NCBI RefSeq assembly: GCF_001194135.2
Contig: NC_068982.1
Location: forward strand, 46,556,984-46,620,983
DNA length: 64,000 nt
Reading direction: 5' to 3'
Source: Octopus bimaculoides
Taxonomy: Eukaryota
Below, piece after piece: positions 1 through 12,900 of this stretch. The stretch's first letter is position 1. The number at the start of each line of letters is the position of its first letter. A program made the translations under genes and the position numbers. The notes under the pieces were generated by a model. That model was not told where the DNA came from. It did not search any database and saw only the letters and a program-made list of their open reading frames with translations.

Positions 1-62
1 GTTAGGATTTTAGGGTGAAGGTTTTAGGGTTAGGGTTTTAGGGTTAAGGTTAGGGTTAGGGG
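1..62 (+). repeat. Degenerate telomere-like (TTAGGG)n array, truncated by the window edge
   Basis: gttaggatttTAGGGtgaaggttTTAGGGTTAGGGttTTAGGGttaaggTTAGGGTTAGGGG. G-rich strand on +, reading into unique sequence. Confidence 0.75.
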
Positions 63-403
63 AAAAAGTGAAAAATGAAGAAATTGGGTGGGGTGAAGAA
101 ATTTCAAAATGCCGATTTTTGGCAATTTCCCGGAATCTCCTTATCCGAAAACGGGGGTTTTTGGGGGAAAAAAAAAAAAAAAAATTGCGAGAAAGTGTGG
201 GGGGAAAAGAGGAAGTCATTACCAATTGCCTGGTGCACCTATGCATTAAATACAAATAGACATTCATAGAGCAATGCAATGACAAGCTTGTACGCATATA
301 CAAATACAAACACACGTGCACTCACTCATTGACAAATGTAAGCTCATAATATGCCTGCGTATAGGAATAGGCAGTGGGTATACGCAAATTAATACACACA
401 TGA

Positions 404-690
404 CTACGGATGCAAGCACGCACATAGGTATATAAGCAAATTCAGAGATGCACGAACATACTCATATACACTCGCACACACACACACACACCAAGATTCA
501 TTCACGTACATATGCACGAACACAAATACAAGCACGCACACACACACAGGTGTATGCAAATCCATATACATTCGCGAATGTACACACGCTTCGCGAACAT
601 GCGCATGCACGGATACACACACACATGCACGAACATACACATACACACATGCACGAACACAGACAGACACACACGTGTGTATGTTTATAG
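404..690. repeat. Compound (CA)n / atgcacgaacac-type micro/minisatellite
   Basis: Repeated atgcacgaaca(c/t) units interleaved with (CA)n. Explains the His/Thr-rich and Val/Cys-rich spurious ORFs here. Confidence 0.85.
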
Positions 691-759
691 TAAAAGATTA
701 GAAATATTTCTAAAAACTAAATAAAATACTCGTGATTTTATTTTCAACAACCTTACGAG

Positions 760-961
760 CAATGCCGGATATTTCCGACAAAGTGCGGTGTCCACCGAGA
801 TTTACCGGTTTTGACCGAGGAAGCAGTCAGTGATCTTACCGGAAGTATCGGCGCGAAGCGATACTGTCACTGTTTGGCTATTGTTTGGTGCCAATGCTGG
901 CAAATTCTCAGAAACTGTGTGAAGCCGACCGATATCTTTCTCATTAGCAACTTACTATCAA
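760..961 (+). promoter_or_regulatory. CpG-rich promoter/5' UTR of pygopus with ETS and E2F-like motifs
   Basis: Locally CpG-rich island in AT-rich DNA. CCGGAAGT (ETS/GABP consensus) at 839-846 and GGCGCGAA (E2F-like) at 850-857, directly upstream of the proposed ATG at 962. Confidence 0.55.
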
Positions 962-998
962 ATGCCCAGGGATCGACGAGTACCGGCAAAAAACAGAG
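962..998 (+). CDS. pygo: Pygopus coding exon 1 (MPRDRRVPAKNR + G, phase-1 end)
   Basis: ATG at 962 after the CpG island; donor AG|gtattt at 999. Phase is compatible with the exon at 21375 and the terminal PHD exon. Assignment to pygo is inference. Confidence 0.65.
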
Positions 999-3438
999 GT
1001 ATTTTTCTTTCACATTCTTTCTTTTACTCTCACGTATTCTCCCTCTCCCAATTAAAGGTATTCATTTTGTTATTGTTTTTGTTTAACCCTAGGTCGCTCT
1101 TAATCCACCAAATCTATGATTTTAAGATGATGCAGCTTTTAAACATCCGTTTATTTTGTATCATTATCATCATTATTGTTGCTTTTATTATTATTCCGCC
1201 GAGTTCCACTTTGTTTTTCATCCTTTCGGAATCGATAAAATAAAGTATCAGTCTTAGTACTGGAGTCGATCTAATTGACTAGCCCTCTTCCGCAAAATTT
1301 CAATCCTTGTACCTGTAGTAGATAAAATTATTATTATTATTCAAACATAGTATAAGGCTTATCTAAGTCTTCTCATCCACTGTATCACTAGTTTTCCTTT
1401 TTTTTAAAAAAAAAGATAGGTTGTGATTTGGTAGGGAGTAGATTTGGCTATTATTTCATATATATGGAATATATACATTATTGTTGTCTTAATATGCAGT
1501 AACTATAGTGTAGTAGTACGATAATGTCATTTATTGGTGCAATAGTTGTTATTTAGACCCATATCAGCCCTGATCCAGTAGTTCTACCACCAAAAATATT
1601 CCAGGCGTAACCATCTCGCTTTTATTTGGACATGCTATATCTACAACTACCTCGAATATTATCCCCCCCCCCCACCTTTTTTTTAAAGACAGTACAGAAA
1701 TGTTCACGGTATTTCTAGCAGTCGAAGTGTCCACATAGAAAAGCTCCCTCAATGGTTTCACACAAAGGAAGAAAACCTTGGATATATTATAGTGATTATG
1801 TAACATTTATGCTTTCCAAAATGCTGTTAGTTATCAAAATATTAGCAATCGTATGAGAAAAATCGTATCCACATTTATTATGTTTTGTTATGTTATTGTT
1901 AATTACTTGATATTTTTAAAAATATTATTCTCCTTCCTTTATTGAATTCATAGGATTTTACTTAATATTTGATTGTATATTTAATTCTTATAGTTAATTT
2001 GTCATGCGTTTTATCACATATATGTTATATTCTGTCCTGCTTTGTCTGGCACGTTCTAATTTTTATTTCGATCGCGTATTCATTGTTTGAATTCATTTGT
2101 TTTCATTACTTCAACACACATACACGTGTACGTGTGTGTACTCGTTGGGTAGAGAATGGAAAGAAATAATAATCGACTGTGTGTGTGTAGCTGACTGAAA
2201 CTTCGAAGTCACTGTCAACAACATTATTGTATAGAAATAATAAATTTGTACTCCACAAAAGTAGAGAGTAATCCATCAGATTAATATGAATCGTTTTTTT
2301 ATAACTGAACATAAAAACAAACACACATAACACACACACGAGTTATAGCTATGTATACACACACATGCATGTTATATCTGTGTATACTCGCTTATTAGAG
2401 AGAGGTGGGGTGTGGGTAGTACGTTAAACAAAGGAAGAATGAAGGTGATAAAGGATTTTAGTCAGGGAGATAGAGAGGAATGTAGAAGTAATCAAGTAGG
2501 CAGAGAAAGAGGTCAGAAAGCAAATCGGAAGAGGAGATGAGAAGGAAGGGAGCAATGGAAGGATACGAGAGACAGAAATGTTTAAGCAACTGCAGGCTCA
2601 TTGTGGATTAACGCCTGCCTTTATGACCCCTCCCACAAAGACCTAACAACTACCTAGGGATTCAGATTGTGTAGCGGATGGAGGTCACAAACTACAAAAA
2701 GGGATTAACATATTCCTGAAGTCGTCCATTGGTGAATGGAATTACTGTGAAAAAAGACAGAAGAGGAGAAAATATTTAAGTATATAAGAATAACAGAAGT
2801 ATGAAAGGAAGAGAAAAAAAAAGAGGAAGAAAAGATGCAGAAATAGAGCCGTGGGTATACTTGACGAGGAAGAGTATAAAAAAGGAGGAATATAATTAAC
2901 AACTTGAGAAATAGATAGACAATGAAACAACTCGGATGTAATTATTGAAACAGAGCAAACTTTCCAGTGGTTTATAATATAGATTATCAAGATTATTTTC
3001 CCGTTTAACTTGACTCCACTGGATCAGTTATTAAATAATTATTTCTTTTATTTGCCACAAGAATATAGTATTTAATCTATTTCTTTTCAATTTTTTTTTC
3101 AAGAGATGGAAGTTTCGTATTCTATTTTACATGAAATACTATGCACTATGTTTATTGCATGCGTGTGCGCTTGTGACTAAATAATGTCTATTTTATATAA
3201 AATAAAATATGTATATGCGTGTGTGTTTAGTGTGCTTGTGCATATATCGTGTTTGTATATATTGTGATTGTGCATGTTTGTGTGTATACACACACGTGTT
3301 TAGTATGCATGTGTGTGTATATATACACCCATAGGTATAGTATGCGTGTGTGTATACACACGTGTATAGTATGCTTGTGTGTGAATATACGCCCATGTGT
3401 ATTCTATGCATGTTTGTAGTATATATATAATGTGCTTA

Positions 3439-3472
<34 letters not shown>

Positions 3473-3974
3473 TTTGTAGAAATACATAAATCCGAGGAGA
3501 AACACATTCTAAGATGTAGAGCAGTTAATATTATAATGGGGGAGGCCGGGGAGACCATAAACCGGCCTCCCCCATTATAATATATATATATATGTATAAA
3601 CACACGTGTATATGTGCAGGTATAATATAAACACACACACACACACACACTTGTGTATCTGCATGTATAATATATATANNNNNNNNNNNNNNNNNNNNNN
3701 NNNNNNNNNNNNNNNNNNNNNNNNNNNNNNNNNNNNNNNNNNNNNNNNNNNNNNNNNNNNNNNNNNNNNNNNNNNNNNNNNNNNNNNNNNNNNNNNNNNN
3801 NNNNNNNNNNNNNNNNNNNNNNNNNNNNNNNNNNNNNNNNNNNNNNNNNNNNNNNNNNNNNNNNNNNNNNNNNNNNNNNNNNNNNNNNNNNNNNNNNNNN
3901 NNNNNNNNNNNNNNNTTATTATTACTATTATTATTATTATTATTATTATTCAGGTTCGATTCCAAACAGTGACT

Positions 3975-4016
<42 letters not shown>

Positions 4017-4190
4017 TTGAAAAATACCTTAGGAATGAGAATCCAGGTTCGAAATTTCCTCCAAGACACCTGAAGAAGGCTGGAGGGTATATCAGCCAAA
4101 ACCTTGTGTCAATAACAAAGAAGATGAGGACAAATATCCGTCAAATGTAAATAATGTACATAATTTTTCATCTCTTAAATATAGAAAGTT
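4017..4190 (+). mobile_element. Penelope-like terminal-repeat fragment carrying a hammerhead-like motif (family H1)
   Basis: gacac-CTGAAGA-a-ggctg-gagggtatat-cagcc-AAAAC-ctt-gtgtc at 4065-4110. The same element recurs inverted at 46630-46755. Confidence 0.6.
4065..4110 (+). ncRNA. Degenerate minimal type-I hammerhead ribozyme motif
   Basis: Stem I GACAC/GUGUC, core CUGAAGA, stem II GGCUG/CAGCC. G12 is mutated to A and G16.2 to C, so it is probably inactive. Confidence 0.55.
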
Positions 4191-5016
4191 TTTTATGTTT
4201 TGATCCTACGCTCTTCGACAGAAAGGGTTAAGAGGAAAAAGATGTGTAGAGATTAAAAGTTCAGCATGATGAAATGGTATATATATATATATATTTATAT
4301 ATACACAGTATGTGTGTGTATACATATATGTAAATTACATGGTGGTAATTTGTCCATCAAATTTGATATGAAGTATCTAATGTTCGTCTGTTGGTGATCA
4401 ATAAAGACCACGACTTCAACCAGAGACTCCTGGAGGGAATGCAACCATGCAGGGGATGAGAAAACCATGACTGCTCGCACCTTTACTACAACTTTCATGC
4501 ACCTTAATCTATGAAAGTATCGATATTTCATTGTAACAAATATGTGATATTCTCACTGCTGCAGTGAAAGGTCTTCCATTGTGGCTCCAAGAAGTTTTGA
4601 TTAACATGCACTTTATCATCATCATCATTTAAGATCCATTTTCCATGCTGGCATGGGGTGGACGGTTTGACAGGGGCTGGCCAGCCGGACAACTGTCAAG
4701 GCTCCAATTGTCTGTTTTGACATGGTTTCTACAGCTGGATACCCTTCTTAATGCCAACCACTTGTGCTGGGTGCTTTTTACATGGCGAAAATAAATGAAA
4801 GTTAATTGTACTAGTGGTGACCATAGTGACACCCATAATTTCATAAACACAGGCACCTAGTTATATATTTTCTAGTGGTAGCATGAACATTCCAGAAATA
4901 GCAGCTAAGGTATAATGCTTCATCGTAAAATACTCAGCAACACTAATAAAAGCCATAGAGAAAACGCATTTGATATTTGATAGATGAACTTCCGATGTGA
5001 GTTTAGACCACACATA

Positions 5017-5240
5017 CAGGGTGGCCCAAGAGTAGGTTTACAGTTATCACGTAGGCACTTCAAATTTCTTTTAAAACATTTTATTACATTTAAATTTTTA
5101 TCTTACCATCCTATTATTTATTATACAAATTAGCATAGAATAATGGTTTCATATTTTTTTATAATTAAGATCTAAATTGTTAATCTGTGAATGCAAAAGA
5201 GATAGATGACTAACTGTAAAACTACTTTTGGGCCACCCTG
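5017..5240. mobile_element. Tc1/mariner-type MITE
   Basis: 29-bp TIRs CAGGGTGGCCCAAGAGTAGGTTTACAGTT / AACTGTAAAACTACTTTTGGGCCACCCTG (2 mismatches), with TA at the left flank. Confidence 0.75.
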
Positions 5241-6719
5241 TTTATAGTTGGGAAGTTCTGTAGCATATGAATTTTATTCATCCTATGATATGAGCATCCC
5301 ATACACAATCTGTCAAAGGCTAGTAGATGTTCTCCAAGATGGAATTCAGATGACAATGCTTTATGTGATATCTGTATGATCATATAAGGGCAAAGTATAC
5401 ATACTGTATACTATTTTCATGTTATATAAATATAATGAAATTAAAAGGTTTCACTGTCATCACTTCTGGTTTCTAGCACAATTTACTTTCACTTTTTTAT
5501 GACACTAAACTGCATGTTAACCAAAGATTTAGCTATTAGTACTCACTGAAGATTGTAGCTGGCTATACAGTGCTTAACAAGAAACACAGTCACATGAGGG
5601 TGATAACAGAAAACTGTGACTGCTCTTGCTTATACTACCCGACTTGCAATCTTCCATACCAGACATATTTTAACCCCTTACAGATAGATTTAATACTGAC
5701 AGTCTGTGCTGTGTACTGGTATTAGGCCATTCAGTCACTCCGTCATTTTTCATACTAGGAATTTTACAGTGTATTTAAAGATTCTTCTCAGTGTGGTAAT
5801 CAAAAAAAAAAAAAATGGGCCCCACAGAATGAGACATCACACTGCTCACACACACTGTTTTGATGTGGACAAGGTTTTTTTTTTAACCCTTTGTTATTCA
5901 GATTATTCTGTCAACTATACTGCTTCTTTATTCACATTGTTTTGAATTAATTGTGCATTATCTTATAGCTTTGAAATTTTGATAATGTGATTGCTTATTT
6001 TTAGAATGACATTGTAGGGTAAGTGTAATAGGCCACATCTGATCATTTGAACAAAAATGCTGGTAGGATATTTGGGCTGAATATGGCTGGTTTAAATGCA
6101 AATAGGTTGAAGTGAGAAAGAGTTGTGTACACATCAGACTCACTTTCATTCTCATACAATATGCCCATTGACAAGATAAAGTCATGACAGTTTAGCTTCT
6201 GTAAGAATGCAGGAGATTTTCATAGTGGCTGAAAAAGGTTTCCAGACCTTTCAGTGTCATATAACTTGATGTGTGTATATGTATATGTAAGAATGCCACT
6301 TTCCTGGTGTGACATAGTGGCATACTGACATTTCAAGTTAGGTCAGGTCAGGAAAATCCTGCTACTGCTACCATATAATCCAGTACTACCTGTTTCAAAG
6401 TCAGGTGGTTGGTGACTTAACTGGTTCCATCACCTGGGTTGGCAGGTGAGAAAGGTGTTGTGGACGCTCTGCAGGACTGAAAACAAGACCTGTCAAAGGA
6501 CAGACAAGTTCATTGTGGGCCAACTACCATCCATATAAGTGGTGTGTCATAAAAACATCCTGAACGTGGGCTAGCAAACTGTGCAGCGGACCCAAGACTA
6601 GCCACAGAAACTTGAGTTGGAGTCAACGTCCATGAATGATGTGATGTACAGCAAGAAGACATTTAAAGGGTTGAAGCACTCTGGCAACATAGCAACTTGG
6701 CGTTCTACTTAAATTGCTT

Positions 6720-7960
6720 ATCAACCATAGGCTAAACTCGACCTCAATATGTCAACTACCTTCTCTCTCTTTCCTCTCACTATTATAAGTCTTGACTTTT
6801 GCACATCAAGAACCTCCGCTATCTACTCTCTCTCTCTCTCTAAGATCTATTGGGTGGACATCTCTCATCACCCCTCTCTGTTTCTATAAACAGCCCTACC
6901 TATCTCATCTCTAAATACCTTGACCAGCTGTTGTTGGTTTTGGTAGCAACCTTCCCAAATCCAGGACACCAACTACATCTTATGCATCTACAACCCCTTC
7001 TTCACCTCTGACTCCTACTTAGCTACCATTTTGTCATGGACATTAAATCCCTCTACACTGTCATTCCTTCTGACAATGTGAATCCTCTCCTACACTTCAA
7101 ATTCTTCCAAGGTCATTGTATCACATTTTAACCAAGTACAGTCAATTTTCTCAGCCCTGGCAAACTCACCATTACCTTCGACTCGTTCTCTTTTTCTAGT
7201 GATTATGAACATCAGAATTGACCCTAAAGCTATATTTATCTGTTTGTTGGTTGTGTTGAAGTTCATATCTTCACTGAACCCCATCTTAAAACAAATACAG
7301 TTTGTTATATCAACAGTTGTATCAGCTACATTTCCTTTACCTGCAAACAGCCCATCTTCTTCATTTCCTTTGTTAATCCTTTCTACTCTCCTTTGGCATT
7401 CACCTTCTATAACTTTGTCGATTCTTTGAGAATCTCCATCTCCAGTAACCACCTCCTCCACTATTTTTTTTACAAACCTTCTAACTTTTATTCATGCCTG
7501 AAATTCCCCCTTTTCCTTTCATGTTCACACTAAATCAACTACCCCTTTCTCAGATTTAACTCTGAGTCTCTGATTTGTGGTTATGTCCTATCAACTGATT
7601 CACTTTTCTCTCCTGTATGGTTACTCTAACAAACTATTGATGCACCCTAGCTGTTCCCTGTATTTCTGCTCTCCTGCCCCAAGCACCAGCCAATATTCTT
7701 CTCCCTTAACATCCAACTTCTTCCACAGTTTCATTTCTCTCAAACCAACCCTGCTATCGACCACATTTTGTCAAGATGACAGCATGCATGACCTCCTGAC
7801 CCACTTCCTTCCTTCCATGCTGCACCCAACCTGGATCATCTGCTCATGCTTGTTTATTTATTTATTTTTAATTTACATTTTTTATTTTGTTCAGAATATT
7901 ATCACACTGAATAGTTCCAAGTTTCTGAATAATTTATTGCATTAGATGCCAATATCAAAG

Positions 7961-7996
<36 letters not shown>

Positions 7997-8412
7997 NNNN
8001 NNNNNNNNNNNNNNNNNNNNNNNNNNNNNNNNNNNNNNNNNNNNNNNNNNNNNNNNNNNNNNNNNNNNNNNNNNNNNNNNNNNNNNNNNNNNNNNNNNNN
8101 NNNNNNNNNNNNNNNNNNNNNNNNNNNNNNNNNNNNNNNNNNNNNNNNNNNNNNNNNNNNNNNNNNNNNNNNNNNNNNNNNNNNNNNNNNNNNNNNNNNN
8201 NNNNNNNNNNNNNNNNNNNNNNNNNNNNNNNNNNNNNNNNNNNNNNNNNNNNNNNNNNNNNNNNNNNNNNNNNNNNNNNNNNNNNNNNNNNNNNNNNNNN
8301 NNNNNNNNNNNNNNNNNNNNNNNNNNNNNNNNNNNNNNNNNNNNNNNNNNNNNNNNNNNNNNNNNNNNNNNNNNNNNNNNNNNNNNNNNNNNNNNNNNNN
8401 NNNNNNNACATT

Positions 8413-8448
<36 letters not shown>

Positions 8449-8720
8449 AAAAATTGTTCAAAGACTTGCAGATTGGTCCAAGAACTATCTTTTTCATAAT
8501 TTCTGCCTGATGAAATAGCACCAGATCTCAAACCTGTTGCAAACCATCTTAATTCTCCATGTCATTCCTACCATCATTTTGTTATCTGTGAATTTCTCCA
8601 ACACCATGGCTGCATATCACCTGTTTCATCCAGGAACAGCTATTGGTTTTCCAGTTGAGGTCATCCACTTCCTGGTAGAATCAATAATTGATTAGCTTTC
8701 CTCTGATCCCACCCTTAGTA
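6720..8720 (+). mobile_element. Degenerate Penelope-like retroelement (RT plus GIY-YIG C-terminal region), interrupted by an N gap
   Basis: Frameshifted motifs LISKYLDQLL (6904), MDIKSLYTVIP (7036), SYIYLFVGCVE (to 7260), CYINSCIS (7303, degenerate RYIDDCIG), KPVANHLNSP (8530) and QEQLLVFQL (8631), in the order expected for PLE RT then endonuclease. Confidence 0.75.
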
Positions 8721-8858
8721 ATAGGAATATGCACATTGACACCATCAGAATTTTCCCCTCAACCAGTCGCATATACATGCTGCTCTGTTCACACAACCTT
8801 GTTCTGATCACTCACTCATGCATACCAAATGTTGCATTCTCTCTGTCTCTCAACTCTC

Positions 8859-8900
<42 letters not shown>

Positions 8901-9689
8901 TCCCTCTCCCTCTCTCCTACCTTGTCTACTCATCACATACTGTCACTCACAACTATCACTCAACTGACCCTCTGCAATCTATTGCCTTTCCTTATTTCTT
9001 TCTGCACATGACCTACAATTTCTCATTCCATTCTACTCTCTTGTATTAAAACCACACTCACACACACTACTCAATTCTATTTATTATGCACATATAACTT
9101 TCTCTCTCTCTCTCTCTCTTTTCTGTTTTTTTTTTAGTCTTTTCTCTCTTAAAGGCTTTGTATGAAACGTTTATACCTCTTCCTTTTTCTCACATCATAC
9201 TACAACATACAATGTCTTTGCTTACTTTTGTTTTTTATTTTATAACAATAAGATTATAATTTTGAACAATTGTTAACCACAATATATTATTAAGAGCTGA
9301 AGCATAGTGGGGTTTGGTTTAACTTTCATATTCTGGCAATGAAAGTGCCTGGTGTAATGTTTAAGGTGTCAGGCCCACAACCATAAGGTCTTGGTTTTGA
9401 GTCCCAGATTGGAGGGTGTGTTGTGTTCTTGAGCAAAACAATTCATTTCATATCCCTCCAGTCTACTCACTTTCAAATGAATACCAGCAACAACTGGGGT
9501 CTTAACTCTGCTACAGTCTGGCATCTCATTCAGGGGTGGTGGGCAGTTTTGTACTCTGTTATTTATACACTACAGAAACTAAGATAAACACCAGGCTAAT
9601 TGATCCTGTATAGTCAACACATAACATAAGACCTAAAAAGAGACTCCAGCTATAGGAAGAGGATAACTGAATTATAATATTGAGGTCAT

Positions 9690-10053
9690 TGTTGTTGGCA
9701 CTCCGTCGCTTACGATGTCAAGGGTTCCTGTTGATCCAATCAACGGAATAGCCTGCTCGTGAAATTAACGTGCAAGTGGCTGAGCACTCCACAGACACTT
9801 AGCGTAGTTCTCGAGGATATTCAGCGTGACACAGTGTGACAAGGCTGGCCCTTTAAAATACAGGCACAACAGAAACAGGAAGAAAGTTGTGGTGGAAGAG
9901 TACAGCAGGGTTCGCCACCATCCCCTGCCGGAGCCTCGTGGAGCTTTAGGTGGTTTCGCTCAATAAACACTCACAATGCCCGGTCTGGGAATTGAAACCG
10001 CGATCCTATGACCGCGAGTCCACTGCCATAACCACTGGGCCATTGTGCTTCCA
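9690..10053 (-). mobile_element. tRNA-derived SINE, family D (other copies about 16160-16465 +, 25700-25985 -)
   Basis: Minus-strand head with A box (tggcccagtggtt) and B box (ggtttcaattccc). Shared body gaaattaacgtgcaagtggctgagcactccac in all three copies. Confidence 0.7.
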
Positions 10054-10080
10054 CTGAGGTCATTATGTTCAATTGAACCC

Positions 10081-10301
10081 TTAACCATCTAGATTTCTTT
10101 GTCAAATGTATTGCTTATTTATTCATGATATATTGAATTAATCATGCATTATTTTGTAGCTTCAAAGTTTCAATGGTGTGTTTGTATACTTTTGAAATGA
10201 CTTTGTTGGGTAGGTATGAAGGGTTGGATCTGGTCAGTTCTAACATAAAACAGGTGGAATATTTGGGCTTGATATGGCTGGATTAAATGCTAAAGGGTTA
10301 A
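10081..10301. mobile_element. piggyBac-type MITE copy (TTAA-flanked)
   Basis: TTAA at both ends; right end aatgctaaagggTTAA. Internal sequence shared with copies near 5883, 13747, 13969, 18190, 33565, 38717, 52390 and 62624. Confidence 0.65.
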
Positions 10302-11919
10302 AAATGGTGTCTCAGTGTGACCACAGTTCACTGACAGAAACCAGTAAAAGAACTGGTCTCAGACATATTTAATTAGCATTGATAAGAATTTTTAACATGG
10401 ACACATTTTGTGGAAGGGCAAGTTGATTAAAAGAATTTGAGTGATACTTGTTTTATCAACCCTAGACTGATGAAATTCAAAGTCAGTCATGATCAGTTTA
10501 ATCATAAAATCAACATAACTAATACCGCTAGGCTTTATGTCCACTCCTCTCTTGATTTTTCCACTCTGTCACAATGATATCAATTATATTAAGATGGCTA
10601 GTTGGAAACTTTGTTAGAACAACATTTAAGATGTTTTGTTGTTTTTACTCCATCTTGCTGTGCTCTGAGATAATATCCAGCTGTAATCAACTTTCCTTAA
10701 TCCTATCTCTTGCTTTCATCCATTTGGGATCAATAAATAAAGTACCCCTTCAAAACGGGTGGAATTGTTAGGGCACTGATGCCTTGTGGTATCTTTTTTG
10801 GGGGGGGGGGATTGTGTTTTGAGTGGAAATTCTCCACATTCCTGGAATCACTTCGGTACCATATTTTCCAGTATACCAGTCACATTTGCTAGAGAAAACT
10901 TTATGGTTAAAAAGGTAGGTCAACTTATACACCAAGACAGCTTTGAAGGGCCAAAAATTCCATGTGAAATGCAGCAGGATTTGGAAAGGTAGTGGTGATG
11001 TTTGAATGCTTATACTACATGTTTACATTATATACTACTACATCAATATATCAGGTCACACTGCAGCACACCTAGCATCATTTCATGGCACACCAGTGTG
11101 CCGTGGCATACCAGTTGCTGAACACTGGTCTTGACTCTCCTGCAAGGTAATTGATTCTAGTATAACTCCCTGTCATTTGCTCCATTAGTTTTGTTTGCTC
11201 ACTTTCTACTCTTTCGTTTGTACTGTAAGTGATTTCACCTCTCGTCAGCTTCAATAACAAGGGAATTGTTTGTTAGATCTATGGAGCTACCTACTCTCTG
11301 GGATTAGCATCGTCTTTCCATGCTGGCATGGGTTGGATGGTTTGACATAGGGCTGACTAGCAGGGAGCTGTTCAGACTCCAACTGTCTGTTGTGGCATGG
11401 CTTCTACGGTTGGATGCCCTTCCCAATGCCGACTGCTTAACAGAGTATGCTGGGTGCTTTTTACATGCCACCGACACAGGTGCATTTATTTAGCACTGGC
11501 ACAGGTGCTTTTTAAGTGGCACTTGTTTCCCTTATTGTAATTCTCAAATATTTGCAAAACAAGAAAGAAAGAAAGAAAGCATCTTTTATGTACTAATAAC
11601 CATGTTAGTAGTTCTTGATTGGATAGAGAAGTGATACAGTGGAGTGTTGTGATACACACACACACACAATTCACTTATTTCCATTTCTGTTCATCAGAAA
11701 AAAATTTCAATTCTTTCAAATCATCATCTTCATTATCACCATCGTTGTCATCATCATTGTCATCATTTAAGCATGTGTTAGGCAAATTTCATGACTTGCC
11801 AACCACTGCAGCCCTTTGTTATCCTGCACACACAGCAACAGGAAAATCATCCAGCTCTGTTTTTTTTTTTTTTCTGTTACATATTTCATTACTTTGGTAT
11901 AGTTGAAATGCTTAGTGGA

Positions 11920-12900
11920 TAAAATACTTAGCAGCGTTTCTTCAGGCTTTAAGTTCTGGGTTCAAATTCCACTGAGGTCAGCTTTGCCTTTCATCTGTAT
12001 GGGATTAATATATTGGAGGTCGATGTAATTCACTAGTTCTCTTCCCCAAAGTTTCTAGCCTTTTGCCTATAGTAGGAGAAGGAGGAGGCAGCTTTATGTT
12101 CTGAGTTCAAATTCCACTGAGGTTAGTTTTGCCTGTCCTATAGTAGAAGACACTTGCNNNNNNNNNNNNNNNNNNNNNNNNNNNNNNNNNNNNNNNNNNN
12201 NNNNNNNNNNNNNNNNNNNNNCCCTCCCTCAAACATGGTGGCTTTCTGCCAAAGTTTGAAATCATTGGCATTTTGTCTGTCTTTGTGTTTTCAGTTCACA
12301 TTCCACTGGGGTCGACTTTGCTTTTCATCCTTTCGGGGTCTATAAATTAATGACCAATGAAACACACTGGGGTCAATGTAATTAACATAACCCTCCCCCC
12401 AAATTTCAGGCCTTGTGCCTATAGTAGAAAGGATTATTATTATTATTATTATTACTAAGGTAGCAAGCTGACAGAATCATTAGCCTATTGGGCGAAATGC
12501 TTGGCAGCATTTTGTCCATCTTTATATTGTGAGTTCAAATTCCGTCAAGATTGACTTTGCCTTTCATCCTTGCAGGATTGATAAAATAAGTACCAATGGA
12601 ACTCTGGGGTTAATATTATCAAGTAACCGCCTCCCTCAAAGCTGCTGGCCTTGTACCAAAATTTGAAACCAGTATTATTATTATTATCATTTTTTTAATT
12701 ATTATTATTATTGTTAAGGTGGCAAGCCGGCAGAATTGTTAGCACACTGGACGAAATGGTTAACAGTATTTTGCCCATCACTGTTCTGAGGTCGACTTTG
12801 CCCTTCATCCTTTTGCAGTCGATAAAAGGAGTACCAGTTGAACACTGGGATTGATGTAATTGACTCATCCCCACCTGCCCTTATGGCAAAAATTTGAAAA
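11920..12900 (+). mobile_element. Tandem cluster of four to five family-B SINEs (tRNA head plus Deu/Nin-like domain)
   Basis: Repeated gagttcaaattcc...gactttgcctttcatcc...gataaaataagtacc...ggggtcgatgtaat, ending in (att)n tails. Confidence 0.75.

Noticed and set aside
2666-2779. Alternative pygo exon encoding DCVADGG...EKRQKRRKYL, with an NLS-like basic cluster and phase 1-1
   Set aside because: The acceptor has no polypyrimidine tract, and the basic run comes from a long GA-rich low-complexity stretch. Kept only as a fallback to test with RNA-seq.
9990-10053. tRNA-like A/B boxes here and in many other places
   Set aside because: Heads of tRNA-derived SINEs; no complete cloverleaf, so no tRNA genes were called.
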